A stretch of 63,949 nt of DNA, counting the filler, from Octopus bimaculoides (Eukaryota), in NCBI RefSeq assembly GCF_001194135.2. It is 8 parts of 7 records of this genome, joined end to end, with 100 filler letters (N's around TTAATTAATTAA, not from the genome) between each part and the next. Parts side by side here need not be neighbours in the genome. Positions count along the whole stretch, not along the records: positions 47,363 to 53,811 come from NC_068998.1; positions 53,912 to 59,658 come from NC_068982.1; positions 59,759 to 62,038 come from NC_068989.1; positions 62,139 to 63,949 come from NC_068998.1; 4 more parts are not named here. One strand, written 5' to 3'. Both the position numbers and the translations under genes were made by a program. Of this stretch, positions 51,111-63,949 are shown in pieces. The notes beneath the pieces were generated by a model that saw nothing but the letters and a program-made list of their open reading frames with translations, made no database searches and was not told the origin of the DNA. Positions within the stretch are counted from its first letter, which is position 1. Each line of letters opens with the position of its first letter.

Positions 51111-51511
51111 GCTTGCAAATATCAAGCAACTACAATAATTCAGCGAGATAAAGTTGTGGTAAATGCATACAGCCGGGTTCGCCGCCATCCACTGCCAGAG
51201 CCTCGTGGAGCTTTTAGGTGTTTTCGCCCAATAAACACTCACAACGCCCTGTCTGAGAATCGAAACCGCGATCCTACGACCGCGAGTCCGCTGCCCTAAC
51301 CACTGAACCATTGCGCCTCCACGAATATTGCATACATCAAAGCTGTATCGTATACGGTATTCCATTCACATCTTATTGATTTGTAATTCAAATTTGTGTC
51401 AATGGCTTCTTTGAGTAACATTCTCTTAATCATTTTTCATTTAAATTATGTAAATTACTTCGTTTTGGGATTTGGCTTGCAAGATTCTTTATGTGTGTTG
51501 AAGCATATTCT

Positions 51512-51763
51512 GAGAGTCATTCTCTTTTGGTGCCTTATAATTTTAACACACTCACCGGTAAAATTTCCACTTATTTCATTTTAACTTTTCTAAAATTTTC
51601 GTTGCGTTTTGCAACCTTTTCAATAGTTTTGAAACTATAGCGTCTAAATTACTGAAAAGGTTGCAAAACGCAACGAACATTTTAGAAAAATAAAAAAGAA
51701 ATAAGTGGAAATTTTTACCGGTGCGTGTGTTAAATTATAAGGCACTAAAAGAAAATGACTCTC
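51512..51763. repeat. ~250-bp near-perfect palindrome with HHR-like motifs in both arms
   Basis: 51512-51622 is the reverse complement of 51653-51763 with few mismatches. Confidence 0.9.
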
Positions 51764-52088
51764 CCCAGACACAACAGATTATGTAAATTAACTTAGACTA
51801 AAAACACACTAAGCTCCATTTCTATAAAAATGTCCATTATATCTATTCGAAATCAACAAGTACTCTGTGCTGCTATGACTAACCCAGTGACTATACGTTT
51901 TACAACTAATACCCTTGCGTAAGTTATGTCGTCAGTCGTCATCTTTCTTGTCAAACTTGTGTGATTTTAATTGTTGCTGTTACGCTTTTTTTTCATGGTG
52001 TTTAACTTGTGTAGAGTTGTCTATGAAATTCAGGATTTCTTGATCTGTGATTCACGGATTTTCACACACACACACACACACACGCACA

Positions 52089-52161
<73 letters not shown>

Positions 52162-52364
52162 GACTGGAGCAACATGAAATAAAGTGTCTTGCTCAAGGAC
52201 ACAACGCGTCACCGGGAATTGAACTCACGACCTTACAATCGTGAGTCGAATGCCTCTAACCACTAAGCCACTCGCCTTCACAATAGCTGCTTTAGAATAA
52301 TGTCAGACATATTTGAGAAGAAGCGAAAGTCGACTAAACCTAACTCAGTAACTGAGTCGACACC

Positions 52365-52407
<43 letters not shown>

Positions 52408-53938
52408 TCATCATCATCATCATCATATATCATACGCTCTTACACTGTGTTGGTGGCACTACAGCGAAAGTGTTCCTGATTAAGGCGCGAGTTCCCCCAT
52501 CGGATGAAGACACAGCATTACTTTGTTCTGACTTTTTCATAGTGTTTCGTTGGCAGACATACTAGGGTGGTTCGACATTCATTTGACCCAACTGGGTGGC
52601 CGTTGGCCTACACGTAGCACATCCCTGCTTCAACAGGTCTTGTTTTAAATCCTGCTGGTTGTTCAAACACTCTTCTCAAAAGAATAGCGGGCGAAAATAC
52701 TTGAGTGCTACTTCAATTTATCGACCCCAGAATGATAAAAGACGGGCGGGATTTTAAAAGAGAACGCATTGTATTGATGTGTACAATACATATATAAATA
52801 TATATAATATATATATAATACGGATAATACATAGATAAATGTTATATAATAGGTTTTTTGCTCTGACTTCATGGTTGAGAGGAGATATGACGTCACTTGC
52901 CATGAATATAATTTTTTCTTTTCTTTGGTAAAGACAGGCTGTGTGGTTAAAAGGTACACTTTACTAACAATTGAATCCGGGTTCGATCCAGCTGAGTTTC
53001 ATCTGTTGTTCTGCTTTGTTCTTCTATTTCTTTCAATTCATCACCTTCCTTTGGTTTTTCTTTGTTTGGACTGATGAGGGGTGGGTGAACCTTTGGCGTT
53101 CACAGTCCATTGTCTCTGGCCTTCGTGGGTGTCCTTAGATCGGCAAGATGGACGCCGTAAACCATTTCCTCGTAAACAGGTTCAAGTTGGTGATTCACTT
53201 AGTTCCTTCGCTTCCTGTGGACCATAAACCATCGATGACTTCTCCCGACGGAAGGATTTCCTCTCCAAGATCATACCGGTTTTGAATTGTCATCGATGCT
53301 TCCATAACTTTGCTATTTTCTAGGTAGAGTCGTTGGCTCTATACAAATCCATTTTTACCTTTGGGAAGAGGTGGAGCATATTAGCCTAGCCTCTATCCTT
53401 TGTCCTGTCCAGCATGAGATCTTATTCCTAATCTATAGTCTATCAAATCTCCAGATCACAAATCCTAGGTCCTGAAGGATAGATACTGCATAGTGTGCGT
53501 GTGTGTATGTGTGTGTGTGTTACGGGCTTCCATACAGTTTCTCTCAACCGAATCCACTCAAGGCATTGGTCGACTGAGGGCAATAGTAGAAGACACATAC
53601 GTAAGGTACGTCGCTGTAGGATTGAATCCGAAAGCACATGGTTTCCTTTTTTTTTTTTATTCTTTTCCCTTTTTTTTTTTTTTGTCAGAGGAAGGACAGC
53701 GATCACAAACTCTTTAGCAGTGTTTCCGAAAAAAAGGTGGAAAAAGATCTTGATATTGGTCAGAATTCTTAACACAAATTGAAATCTACTAAAGGAATTT
53801 AGGGTTTAGATNNNNNNNNNNNNNNNNNNNNNNNNNNNNNNNNNNNNNNNNNNNNTTAATTAATTAANNNNNNNNNNNNNNNNNNNNNNNNNNNNNNNNN
53901 NNNNNNNNNNNTATATATATATATATATATATATATAT

Positions 53939-54010
53939 ACTAGCAGAAACACCCATCATTGACTGGGTTGAAAGAAGCTGCCAAAATTGTACTATGAATA
54001 TTGAAAGTTA
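53939..54010 (-). mobile_element. Helitron-type 3' terminus
   Basis: Minus strand: ACCCA-8nt-TGGGT hairpin, 7 nt, then CTAG|T inserted into (TA)n. Confidence 0.55.
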
Positions 54011-54029
54011 TTCACTTAGATTGTATTAA

Positions 54030-54240
54030 ACATATATTAAAAAATAGTCGAAAACCATGCTGGGTATCACTCAGCAAGTCGTTTTCTTCAAGAAATGCGA
54101 TTAGTTTCTCTCTGACTATTTGTTCCATGAATTTGCTGATGTGTGAAGTCAGAGAGATAGGCCTATAATATTTAGCACCTGCTCTACTTTCACCTTTACG
54201 GATTGAGCATATCATTCTCTCCTTCAGTTTGCTTGGCAGC
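54030..54240 (-). mobile_element. CR1/L2-group reverse transcriptase fragment
   Basis: KGESRAGAKYYRPISLTSHISKFMEQIVREKLIAFLEENDLLSDTQHGFR. Confidence 0.9.
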
Positions 54241-54786
54241 TTGCCATTTGCAAGAGAACTCTAGAAAAGAGTCTGTAGTGCTTTTGCCAGACCACGTTTG
54301 CATGATTTGAGGAGGATTGTTAGGAAATCGAATTAAACCAAAATTAAAAATAAATAACCTGCCTAAAGGACATCAATTTTATAAGATTATTATATTTCTT
54401 CATTTTATTTCAAAATACCTGCCTTCACAATAGAAACCGTAGAAGATCACTTTCGTTTTAATCCCTGCATACCTTCAGAATAGAAACCGTAACTTAGATT
54501 TCACTCCACCATTTTTCTTTTGTTTCACGTATTCCACATCAGAATTTATGAGGTCAGCTAGCATTTTCCTATCTCACTTCAGCATATTTGTACAACTTTT
54601 CATTTGAAATACACATTTTCTCTAAACACAGAAGAGACAAATTCGGTGGGGCATTCTTCTGTAGGTATACAATATGTGTTATATAATGGCTCACACATAA
54701 TAACATTTGTGTGTGTGTGTGTAACTGTAATAATCTCTATTACTTTATATTGCTATAAGAAAAAGAGGAGCTGACGTTGAGGGACA

Positions 54787-55720
54787 ATCGGAAAAGTTTA
54801 CTCTGTGCTTCCGAGTCGCTATGAATGTTTCTTTCTGAGGCTACTTCTTCATGAAATAAGAGGACCGACTTCCTTCTCCTTCCTAAGAACGATTGATGAT
54901 CAAACTGTTCGTACTTCTAGAGAAGTCTGTTTAACCTTAAATTTGTTAGATGATAATCAGTGGGATAGAACAATGGCTGAGGCTTCAGTGTCCCGCACAC
55001 CTATTTCTTTGAGAGATCTTTTTGCAAATTCTTCTCCTGAATTGTGAAGTAAGTAATAAAGAACGATTTATAAGAAGACTACAAATATCAAGCACAATTA
55101 AGATTCCCTGAGAGGGAAATAGCATTCAACGATGTCCCGAAAATTCTTCCAGACCAACAACCTACATGTACAACAATCATTAACCAAATGGCACATAAGA
55201 GGGAAGGATTATATTTTTTAGACGCACCAGGAAAACTTTTGTTACAAATTTAGTGCTAGCCAAAGTCCGGCAGAAAAGAAAACATTCTTAACTCTAGCGA
55301 GCTCTGGAATTGCTGCGACTTTACTCCCAGGAGGTCGAACAGCTCACGCAGTATTCAAGCTGCCATTCAGTTTAACTTCGAATGATGAACCTGTCTGCAA
55401 TATTAGTAAAAGTTCTTCTTTAGCTCAAGTTCTCATGAAATGTTCTTTGATCATATGAGACGAAGCTACAATGTCCCATAAAAAATCAGTAGAAGCTGTT
55501 AACAGAATGCTGCAGGATTTGCGCAATTCCAATTGTTTGATGTGAGATATGACAGTAGTACTTTCAAGGGAACAAAGGCAGATGAAATGAAAGCGTGCTT
55601 GAAATCTTCTATTTTATGGAAACATATCAAAGTGTTAAAGTTTTCTACAAATATGAGGACACATTTGCGTAGGGATCATCTGTCAGAACAATTTGCCCAT
55701 ACTATTTTGTTCTATCGCAC
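54787..55720 (+). pseudogene. Helitron Rep/Helicase (PIF1-like) fragment
   Basis: IGKVYSVLPSRYECFFLRLLLHEIRGPTSF, FLDAPG(del)KTF, ASSGIAATLLPGGRTAHAVFKLP and DEATMSHKKSVEAVNRMLQDLR, with stops and frameshifts. Confidence 0.93.
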
Positions 55721-56022
55721 TGATTATCATCTAAAAATTTAAGGATAAACAGACTTCTCTAGAAGTATAAACAGTTTGATCATCAATCGTTCTTAGGAAC
55801 AATGTTATGAAGATCTATATATTACAAGATAGATAAGTTAAACCTTACTTAGCAAATAACTGTGCTTGTTATACTTTTTATCTTTTACATGTTCCAGATC
55901 AAAGGCTGTGGCCATGCTGAGACACTGACATTATTCATTTTACTCGTATTAGTTTTAAATGTTTAAATGCGCACACACACAATGCTCTTATTAATTTTTG
56001 AGGTCCATTTATTATTACATAA

Positions 56023-56087
56023 CATGTAGTACCTCGGTTTACGAACGCCTCGGTTTACGAACGCCTGGGATCACGAATAAATCGTGT

Positions 56088-56122
<35 letters not shown>

Positions 56123-56219
56123 NNNNNNNNNNNNNNNNNNNNNNNNNNNNNNNNNNNNNTATATATAAAGCACGATTTATTCGTGATCAGAGTTGTTCGA
56201 AAACCGAAGTACTACTGTA
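56023..56219. mobile_element. pogo/Tigger-like MITE with central (TA)n
   Basis: GTAGTACCTCGGTTTACGAAC ... GTTCGAAAACCGAAGTACTACTG|TA inverted termini; inner arms GATCACGAATAAATCGTG / CACGATTTATTCGTGATC. Confidence 0.7.
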
Positions 56220-58475
56220 TATCGAAGAGTTTAATTTTGTCACCATTTTGTGTCCCATTTCCCTATCTCTGATCTCACTTGTCACGTTTTCAAGCATTGT
56301 ACTATAAAATATCGTAGTTCTTCGTCAGTGGCCATGCTGGAGTATTTCCATGACGTCTATTTCAACATTACCTTCAGTATTTGGTGCAAGGGAGTATTCG
56401 ATAACGGTGCTCTCATCTGTTTCTCCTGTGCCATGTAGTTTCATTAAAGATTATACACAATAGGATTACCAAATGTATTTTTTTTAATTGTTGATAGCGA
56501 CCTATAGTAAATCCCTTATGTTTTGAGTGGGGTGACATTGAAGTGCTATGACTCCTTGAAACTCAGGCTGAAGAAGTCGGGAGGTTTAAATCTAAACAAT
56601 GAGGATCAGTTGTATGTCCAAGAAAGAAATCTAAATTTCATGCTATTGGCTGTTAGCAGTTGATAAGTCCAGTAATTATCTTTATTTTCTTAAATATGAA
56701 ATAAGCCTCCCATGCCATTGGATTAGGTTCTCATCGAGAGAGCTTGACTGTGTTAGAGTTAAATTCGAGCCCATTATTAATATCTATGGAAAACTGCACC
56801 AACTTTATAAAATCCACACTGGTTCGTAATGAGATAAATTATCCTTTGCTGTGGTGCTTATTCACATTTTCACGATGGATGAGATATCAATCTCAAGTTT
56901 TTAGCTATTCGGTTAACGATCCAACTAACAGAAACCCTACTACAGCTGCAACAATAATTTTGATTAAAATCTCCGTTTATATCCCCTCATTACACTTCTC
57001 GTTAAACCACACATTCAAGACTTTGTGTAGTGTTAAACCAACTGCTGTAGTCTTGCGATTATTTATATGCATATCTCTATTTTCTCACTCAGTATAGATG
57101 CCATATTAATAATTAATTTATAACACTCGATGTAAGATATTGTGCTGCTAACATTACATAAAAATTCCGTTTGTTTTTATATATTTCATATTTTATTTCC
57201 CTCCATTATCTGTTCCCGAGATGTAGGCTATTATGAATTGTCATCGAAGTATTTTTTTGAGTGGGTAATTTGTGTTTAGTGCCAGTAAAGTTAGAATATT
57301 GACATCATTAATGAATTAATAGCATGTGAAGGTTAAGTTTAAATGGATGGATTACTTCAATATCCTATTTAGGCCCTCCTAAATATTTGTATATAATCTT
57401 TGACGTTCCTTCATTAAGTGAAAGGTTTGTATTAGCGTCTATAGAATAATCTGTTTTCAGCTACGAACGCCTTGGGTGGAATTTTTGTGTCAATAGCTTG
57501 TAGGAGATTTGCGTGAATGAAAGTACTACTCTATCGTGATACAAAGTTCACGTAATTAGCGTTTCATTCGAAGTGTTTTGTAAATAGCATTGTAACTAAC
57601 TTTATGTGAAATATTGATTTCTTTCATAGGCACAAGGTCTCTAAGTTATCAGCATATATAACCAACTTCATTTTCAGTGATAAATTATATTAATATGTAG
57701 TGCGTGATGACGGTAATTCCGTCACCTATTGGGTTCTTAGGACGCCATTGAAATGCAAGCATAGCAATCCATCATCCTTCAGCTATAATCCATCTCCAGC
57801 CTTCTCCAACTGTAATACGGAAGACCTCAGCATTGCACTCCAACAAAACACCCACCAACCATACAGTTTTCTCATTAGGGTATTGTGCTGACGATAGCAA
57901 GATCGTAGTTTCATTCCTAAAGCCAGCGGCACATTGGGTTTTTTAAGTAAAACTCATTTCCCTTGCTCTGCGATCACTTCGACGTTTGACGTGTGGCACA
58001 CCGTGGACCTGTGTTGGCAATGTCAATTTAATGGAGTGAGGTAACTAATTTGCAGCACAAGCATTTGATCACTATAAACAAATCTGCGAGAAATTACAGA
58101 ATACTAATCTGTTGTCTAAGACAAGAGAGATCACGTTATTCTCATTAGGTATCATAATATACATTGACAGTTAGTTAGTCTGAAATCGCAAAGCGCACTT
58201 AGCGAATATAAAATGTCAGCTTTCGCTCAAGCCGCCCTGTATTTAGGTCAAGTCTTAATACAAACAAGTATTTTATAAAGTAAACGTGACCATCGTTTAA
58301 TAAAACAAATGTCAAAAGTTTTAGTGTTTTATAAGTAGTAAAAGTAATAATTCAGAAAATGTGAACTTCAGTAAAGGTATATTAAATCACCATGTTGTAC
58401 GTGTCCCGTACTGGTGTTATGGCTACAGTGTGGAGTAGTGTAGTATGGTTGTTGAAGTAGAGATTGTGAATGATA

Positions 58476-58570
<95 letters not shown>

Positions 58571-58908
58571 AATAATAATAATAATAATAATAATTCTGCT
58601 TGTCATTACGTTACTTAACCCGTCGGTAACGCTTTCACATGATTAGAGAAAAAGAGGGAATAAGAAACAAGGCAGAGCGAAAATGAGGATGAGGTGAAGA
58701 GTGAGGCAGGAAGAGAGAAAAAGAAAAAGAGGGAGAGAGAAAAGACGGAGAGAAAAGCGTCCATGACCTATGGTAGGAGGAACGTAATATTTGTTACGTG
58801 GTTAAGAATGTTAATTGAAGGTAGTAATATAGAGAAAAGTTAGGGATATAATTTTAGCAGAGAGGTGATGTTTTGATGGTAAGGTTAAAGAAAGGCACAG
58901 AGAGAGAG

Positions 58909-58992
<84 letters not shown>

Positions 58993-59139
58993 AAGAGAGA
59001 AAGAGATAGAGAGAATGAGAGAAAGGTGATAGTAGTAGTGATGGTGGAGGTGGTGAAGGTGGTGGTGATGATGAGTGCATAGTGAAAAGTAACTTTGTTT
59101 TTAATTGAACGAAGTTTTTTATATTAAGTATCACTTAAC

Positions 59140-59400
59140 GCATACTCATCCCAAACTTGCCATTCACTTTAGAAAGAAACCAGTTTCCCGTTCTCCTGTC
59201 ATATGCAATGGCTGTCAATAAATCACAGACATTTGATAAAGTGGTGCTGTTCTTGCCTGAACCTGTATTCGGCCATGTTCAGCTATATGTTGCATTCTCA
59301 AGGGCTCGCAAATCATCTGATATGAGAGTTAAAGTTATCAACACTGACAAACATAGTCTGCAAAGAAGTATTGGATTGAAAGGCGTACGCAACTTGAAAT
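59140..59400 (+). pseudogene. Helitron PIF1 helicase C-terminal fragment
   Basis: FTLERNQFPVLLSYAMAVNKSQTFDKV.LFLPEPVFGHVQLYVAFSRA (helicase motifs V and VI). Confidence 0.93.
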
Positions 59401-61070
59401 GTGTATTAGCTTATAAGTTTCCCACAATGTGGTTTTTCAGAGTATGCCATGTTGCATTAAATTTTTACCCCCGTGAAACTGTGACCCCTATATTTTACAT
59501 ATAAAATAATTTTTTGCTGTAAAATTTTAGGCTTCTAGATTTGTAATTGTGACCATGTAAATTTTAAAATGTAAATTTTTCTGTTTATGAGAAAAATAAA
59601 AAAATAAGAGTGAATATTTATTTTATGAGTGCAGTGTATTAAGTATATAAAATTGTGCNNNNNNNNNNNNNNNNNNNNNNNNNNNNNNNNNNNNNNNNNN
59701 NNTTAATTAATTAANNNNNNNNNNNNNNNNNNNNNNNNNNNNNNNNNNNNNNNNNNNNTGCGACGATCACACGGAACATACCTTCCTTCCAAGCACTAAC
59801 GTAAGCAGCGGAAGTGGGTTAAAACTTTAAAACTCAGTGCGCATGCATAACAGTGTTCAAGGTCAATCTTTGCCAAGCAGCTTTACTCTGCGTACTTTAG
59901 CTTCNNNNNNNNNNAGGTCAATCTTTGCCAAGCAGCTTTACTCTGCGTACTTTAGCTTCGTCACTACAGCAGCAGTCCGTGTACTTATTGATCAGACATA
60001 TCTATACTATAAATTGCAGTGTTCTTGATTGCTTGGTTGCTTGATTGATTGATTGAGTGTCGACAGATTCACTCGAGAACGGTGCANNNNNNNNNNTTGA
60101 TTGATTGAGTGTCGACAGATTCACTCGAGAACGGTGCAGTGGAATCGCATGAAATTCAGCACAGAACGGCAGCATGGTCTGCTCATGTTCAGGAGATTTT
60201 TATTGCCCTCCAACTCNNNNNNNNNNNNNNNNNNNNNNNNNNNNNNNNNNNNNNNNNNNNNNNNNNNNNNNNNNNNNNNNNNNNNNNNNNNNNNNNNNNN
60301 NNNNNNNNNNNNNNNNNNNNNNNNNNNNNNNNNNNNNNNNNNNNNNNNNNNNNNNNNNNNNNNNNNNNNNNNNNNNNNNNNNNNNNNNNNNNNNNNNNNN
60401 NNNNNNNNNNNNNNNNNNNNNNNNNNNNNNNNNNNNNNNNNNNNNNNNNNNNNNNNNNNNNNNNNNNNNNNNNNNNNNNNNNNNNNNNNNNNNNNNNNNN
60501 NNNNNNNNNNNNNNNNNNNNNNNNNNNNNNNNNNNNNNNNNNNNNNNNNNNNNNNNNNNNNNNNNNNNNNNNNNNNNNNNNNNNNNNNNNNNNNNNNNNN
60601 NNNNNNNNNNNNNNNNNNNNNNNNNNNNNNNNNNNNNNNNNNNNNNNNNNNNNNNNNNNNNNNNNNNNNNNNNNNNNNNNNNNNNNNNNNNNNNNNNNNN
60701 NNNNNNNNNNNNNNNNNNNNNNNNNNNNNNNNNNNNNNNNNNNNNNNNNNNNNNNNNNNNNNNNNNNNNNNNNNNNNNNNNNNNNNNNNNNNNNNNNNNN
60801 NNNNNNNNNNNNNNNNNNNNNNNNNNNNNNNNNNNNNNNNNNNNNNNNNNNNNNNNNNNNNNNNNNNNNNNNNNNNNNNNNNNNNNNNNNNNNNNNNNNN
60901 NNNNNNNNNNNNNNNNNNNNNNNNNNNNNNNNNNNNNNNNNNNNNNNNNNNNNNNNNNNNNNNNNNNNNNNNNNNNNNNNNNNNNNNNNNNNNNNNNNNN
61001 NNNNNNNNNNNNNNNNNNNNNNNNNNNNNNNNNNNNNNNNNNNNNNNNNNNNNNNNNNNNNNNNNNTATA

Positions 61071-62038
61071 CAGGGTGCGTAAGATATTTGAGGACAGATC
61101 TATGTTTATAAAAAAATACAGTTATATAATAACTGATAATAACTTTTCATATCAAAAAATTGACATGAGGATAAAAATAAACATTTTCTATAATGTTATA
61201 CAATAAAGCCACCTTCAGCTTCACCAACTGCTTCTATATGAGATATAAATCATCTACATGCTCCAATCAAATGGTCCTGGTTAAATTTGAACATTTTGAA
61301 CTATGGTAACTTTTAAAGAAACTATGGTGTTATGGGCTTGTTCATTCACCTCTCTCTCAACAACACTCCACATGTAATAGTTCAATGGNNNNNNNNNNNN
61401 NNNNNNNNNNNNNNNNNNNNNNNNNNNNNGCGACCATGAACATTTTCAGCCATTCATTCTTGTGTTTCTAGAGCCATGTGTGATAGTACAGAGTCTTACT
61501 GAAACACATAAGGCCTTCCATTGCATACACTCACTGTCCATNNNNNNNNNNNNNNNNNNNNNNNNNNNNNNNNNNNNNNNNNNNNNNNNNNNNNNNNNNN
61601 NNNNNNNNNNNNNNNNNNNNNNNNNNNNNNNNNNNNNNNNNNNNNNNNNNNNNNNNNNNNNNNNNNNNNNNNNNNNNNNNNNNNNNNNNNNNNNNNNNNN
61701 NNNNNNNNNNNNNNNNNNNNNNNNNNNNNNNNNNNNNNNNNNNNNNNNNNNNNNNNNNNNNNNNNNNNNNNNNNNTTTTGATCTTGGTCGAAGTTTTTTC
61801 AACGTCATGAACTTCTTGGGATGGTAATCAATGTTCTGTTGAACTTGCTCGACAAATTCAGGTGTTCTGATGATTACAGAGCGTTTAGAATTCTTTTTAT
61901 GCTTTGATACTAGTGATACGTTTCCGTCTTCAGTCTCTAGCTCCTTAAAAATTTGTAAACAAAATATTTGTTAACTTCTAAAATTCGGGATATTTCTAAA
62001 TCGCTATGTCCAGCTTTTTATAACCACAATAACAGAAT
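61071..62038 (-). mobile_element. Second copy of the maT-like element at 9460-10439
   Basis: TA|CAGGGTGCGTAAGATATTTGAGGAC TIR. Long colinear similarity, e.g. TAGAGCCATGTGTGATAGTACAGAGTCTTACTGAAACACATA occurs in both. Confidence 0.9.
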
Positions 62039-62728
62039 NNNNNNNNNNNNNNNNNNNNNNNNNNNNNNNNNNNNNNNNNNNNTTAATTAATTAANNNNNN
62101 NNNNNNNNNNNNNNNNNNNNNNNNNNNNNNNNNNNNNNCAATTGATCCGATCAACGGAACAGCCTGCTTGTGAAATTAACGTGCAAGTGGCTGAGCACTC
62201 CACAGACATGTGTACCCTTAACGTAGTTCTCGGGGATATTCAGCGTGACACAGTGTGACAAGGCTGGCCCTTTGAATTACAGGCACAACAGAAACAGGAA
62301 GTAAGAGAAAGTTGTGCTGGAAGAGTACAGCAAGGTTCGCCACCATCCCCTGACGGAGCCTCGTGGAGCTTTTAGTTGTTTTCGCTCAATAAACACTCAC
62401 AACGCCCGGTCTGGGAATCGAAACCGCGATCCTATGACCACGAGTCCGATGCCCTAACCACTGGGCCATTGCGCCCCCACAGTTGTTTAGTATAATCTAA
62501 TATAATACAATAGTTGTGGGAGGATCCTGAAAACCCCCACGTGACTGAAAGTGAACTAAATGATTTCAATAAAATAAAGAACTGAGTGCACTGTCAGTGA
62601 ACAGTGTTGGTCGACCATATTGGCTACTGTGTTAGTGCGACGTGTGTTGTTTTAACGTCGTATCTACGTTCGAGTAGCACGAAGAGCGTTCTTTGTGAAC
62701 ATATATTCTGCGATAGGTTATTCTAGAT

Positions 62729-63025
62729 CAGGGGTTTTCAAACTGTGGTCCGCGGACCACAGGGGGTCCGCAAGGACAAGACAGGGGGTCCGTGGACAGC
62801 AAATACTTTTTATGGGCAATTTGATTTTATATATGTTTTTTAATCGAAATCTTTTAATTGACAATAAACCTATTTGTTAAATACTGTTAAATAAATAAAT
62901 GTAAAAATATATGTTATTTTAAGCAAGTATTTATGTATAAATTTCATAAGTGTTTATAAGGGGGTCCCTAAGGTAAAGCCTGAAATATAAAGTGGTCCGC
63001 AAGTCAAAAAGTTTGAAAACTCCTG
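62729..63025. mobile_element. hAT-Charlie-type MITE, 297 bp, with perfect 8-bp TSD
   Basis: TIRs CAGGGGTTTTCAAACT / AGTTTGAAAACTCCTG; TTCTAGAT at 62721-62728 and 63026-63033. Confidence 0.93.
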
Positions 63026-63281
63026 TTCTAGATAACCACATTCCAAATAAGTATTGAGCACTACTATTTTGACCACCGACGTGCACGCCCACGTCATAAC
63101 AATAATATAATTTGACACAATATAATATAACATAGTATAATATAATATGATGTGCCTTTACTCTTTTACTCTTTTACTTGTTTCAGTCATTTGACTGCGG
63201 CCATGCTGGAGCACCACCTTTAGTCGAGCAAATCGACCTCATATTATTATTATTATTATTATTATTATTAGTATTAGTATT

Positions 63282-63361
<80 letters not shown>

Positions 63362-63949
63362 GGCTACGGGCTGGCTAAGTCATTAGCACGGCAGGCAAAA
63401 TGCTTTGCTACATTTCGTCCGTCTTCATGTTCTGAGTTCAAATTCTGCTGAAGTCGAATTTGTCTATTATCCTCTCGGGGGTCGATGAAATAAGAATCGA
63501 CTTAGCCCCTCCTCCGAAGCTGCTGACCTTGTACCAAAATTTGAAACCATTATTATTATTATTATCATTATCATTATTATTGCTATAGAAACAATTGTTA
63601 AAACATAAAAGTTTGAATGCATTTTCCTTATTACATTAGCTATTCAAATACACACACACACACACACACATACACACACACACATACACACACACACACA
63701 CACACACAAACACACATTAATGTATCATGTTCTGTTTATCCTGTTTACTCAACCAAACGCACACACACACATATATATATATATAATATATCTTTATGTA
63801 TATATATATAGATAGATAGATAGATAGATAGATATACATTTATATATATGTGTATACGTACATTCATGTATAATAGTTCCTATGTGTGCAGTTAGATGTA
63901 CGACTGCTTTTGCGCTCATATATATATAAATATATATATAAATATATAT

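Noticed and set aside
53090-53400. Possible RTE-like ORF2 scrap (IQNRYDLGEEI...)
   Set aside because: Resemblance is too weak to call without a search.

Overview
AT-rich, microsatellite-saturated eukaryotic genomic DNA from a gappy scaffold. The SINE families and repeat landscape suggest an octopod cephalopod (inference; no search run). I found no intact protein-coding gene, rRNA, true tRNA or CRISPR array. Almost all ORFs in the supplied track are microsatellite or N-gap artefacts. The window is mostly decayed mobile DNA: several Tc1/mariner relics (DD34D mariner, maT/DD37D-like, DUF4817-type), a Chapaev3 element with TAA target duplication, Helitron Rep/Hel fragments, hAT, pogo-like and piggyBac-like MITEs, Tx1/L1, CR1/L2 and RTE LINE scraps, and at least five tRNA-headed SINE families. 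The most interesting signal is a set of hammerhead-ribozyme (HHR)-like motifs. Three sequence-unrelated elements (1313-1941, 32574-34046, 51512-51763) share one architecture: two inverted arms, each carrying an outward-pointing HHR-like motif. The copy at 33958-34032 folds by eye into a nearly complete type I hammerhead. A few possible small minus-strand exons hint at a host gene with very long introns, but this is weak.
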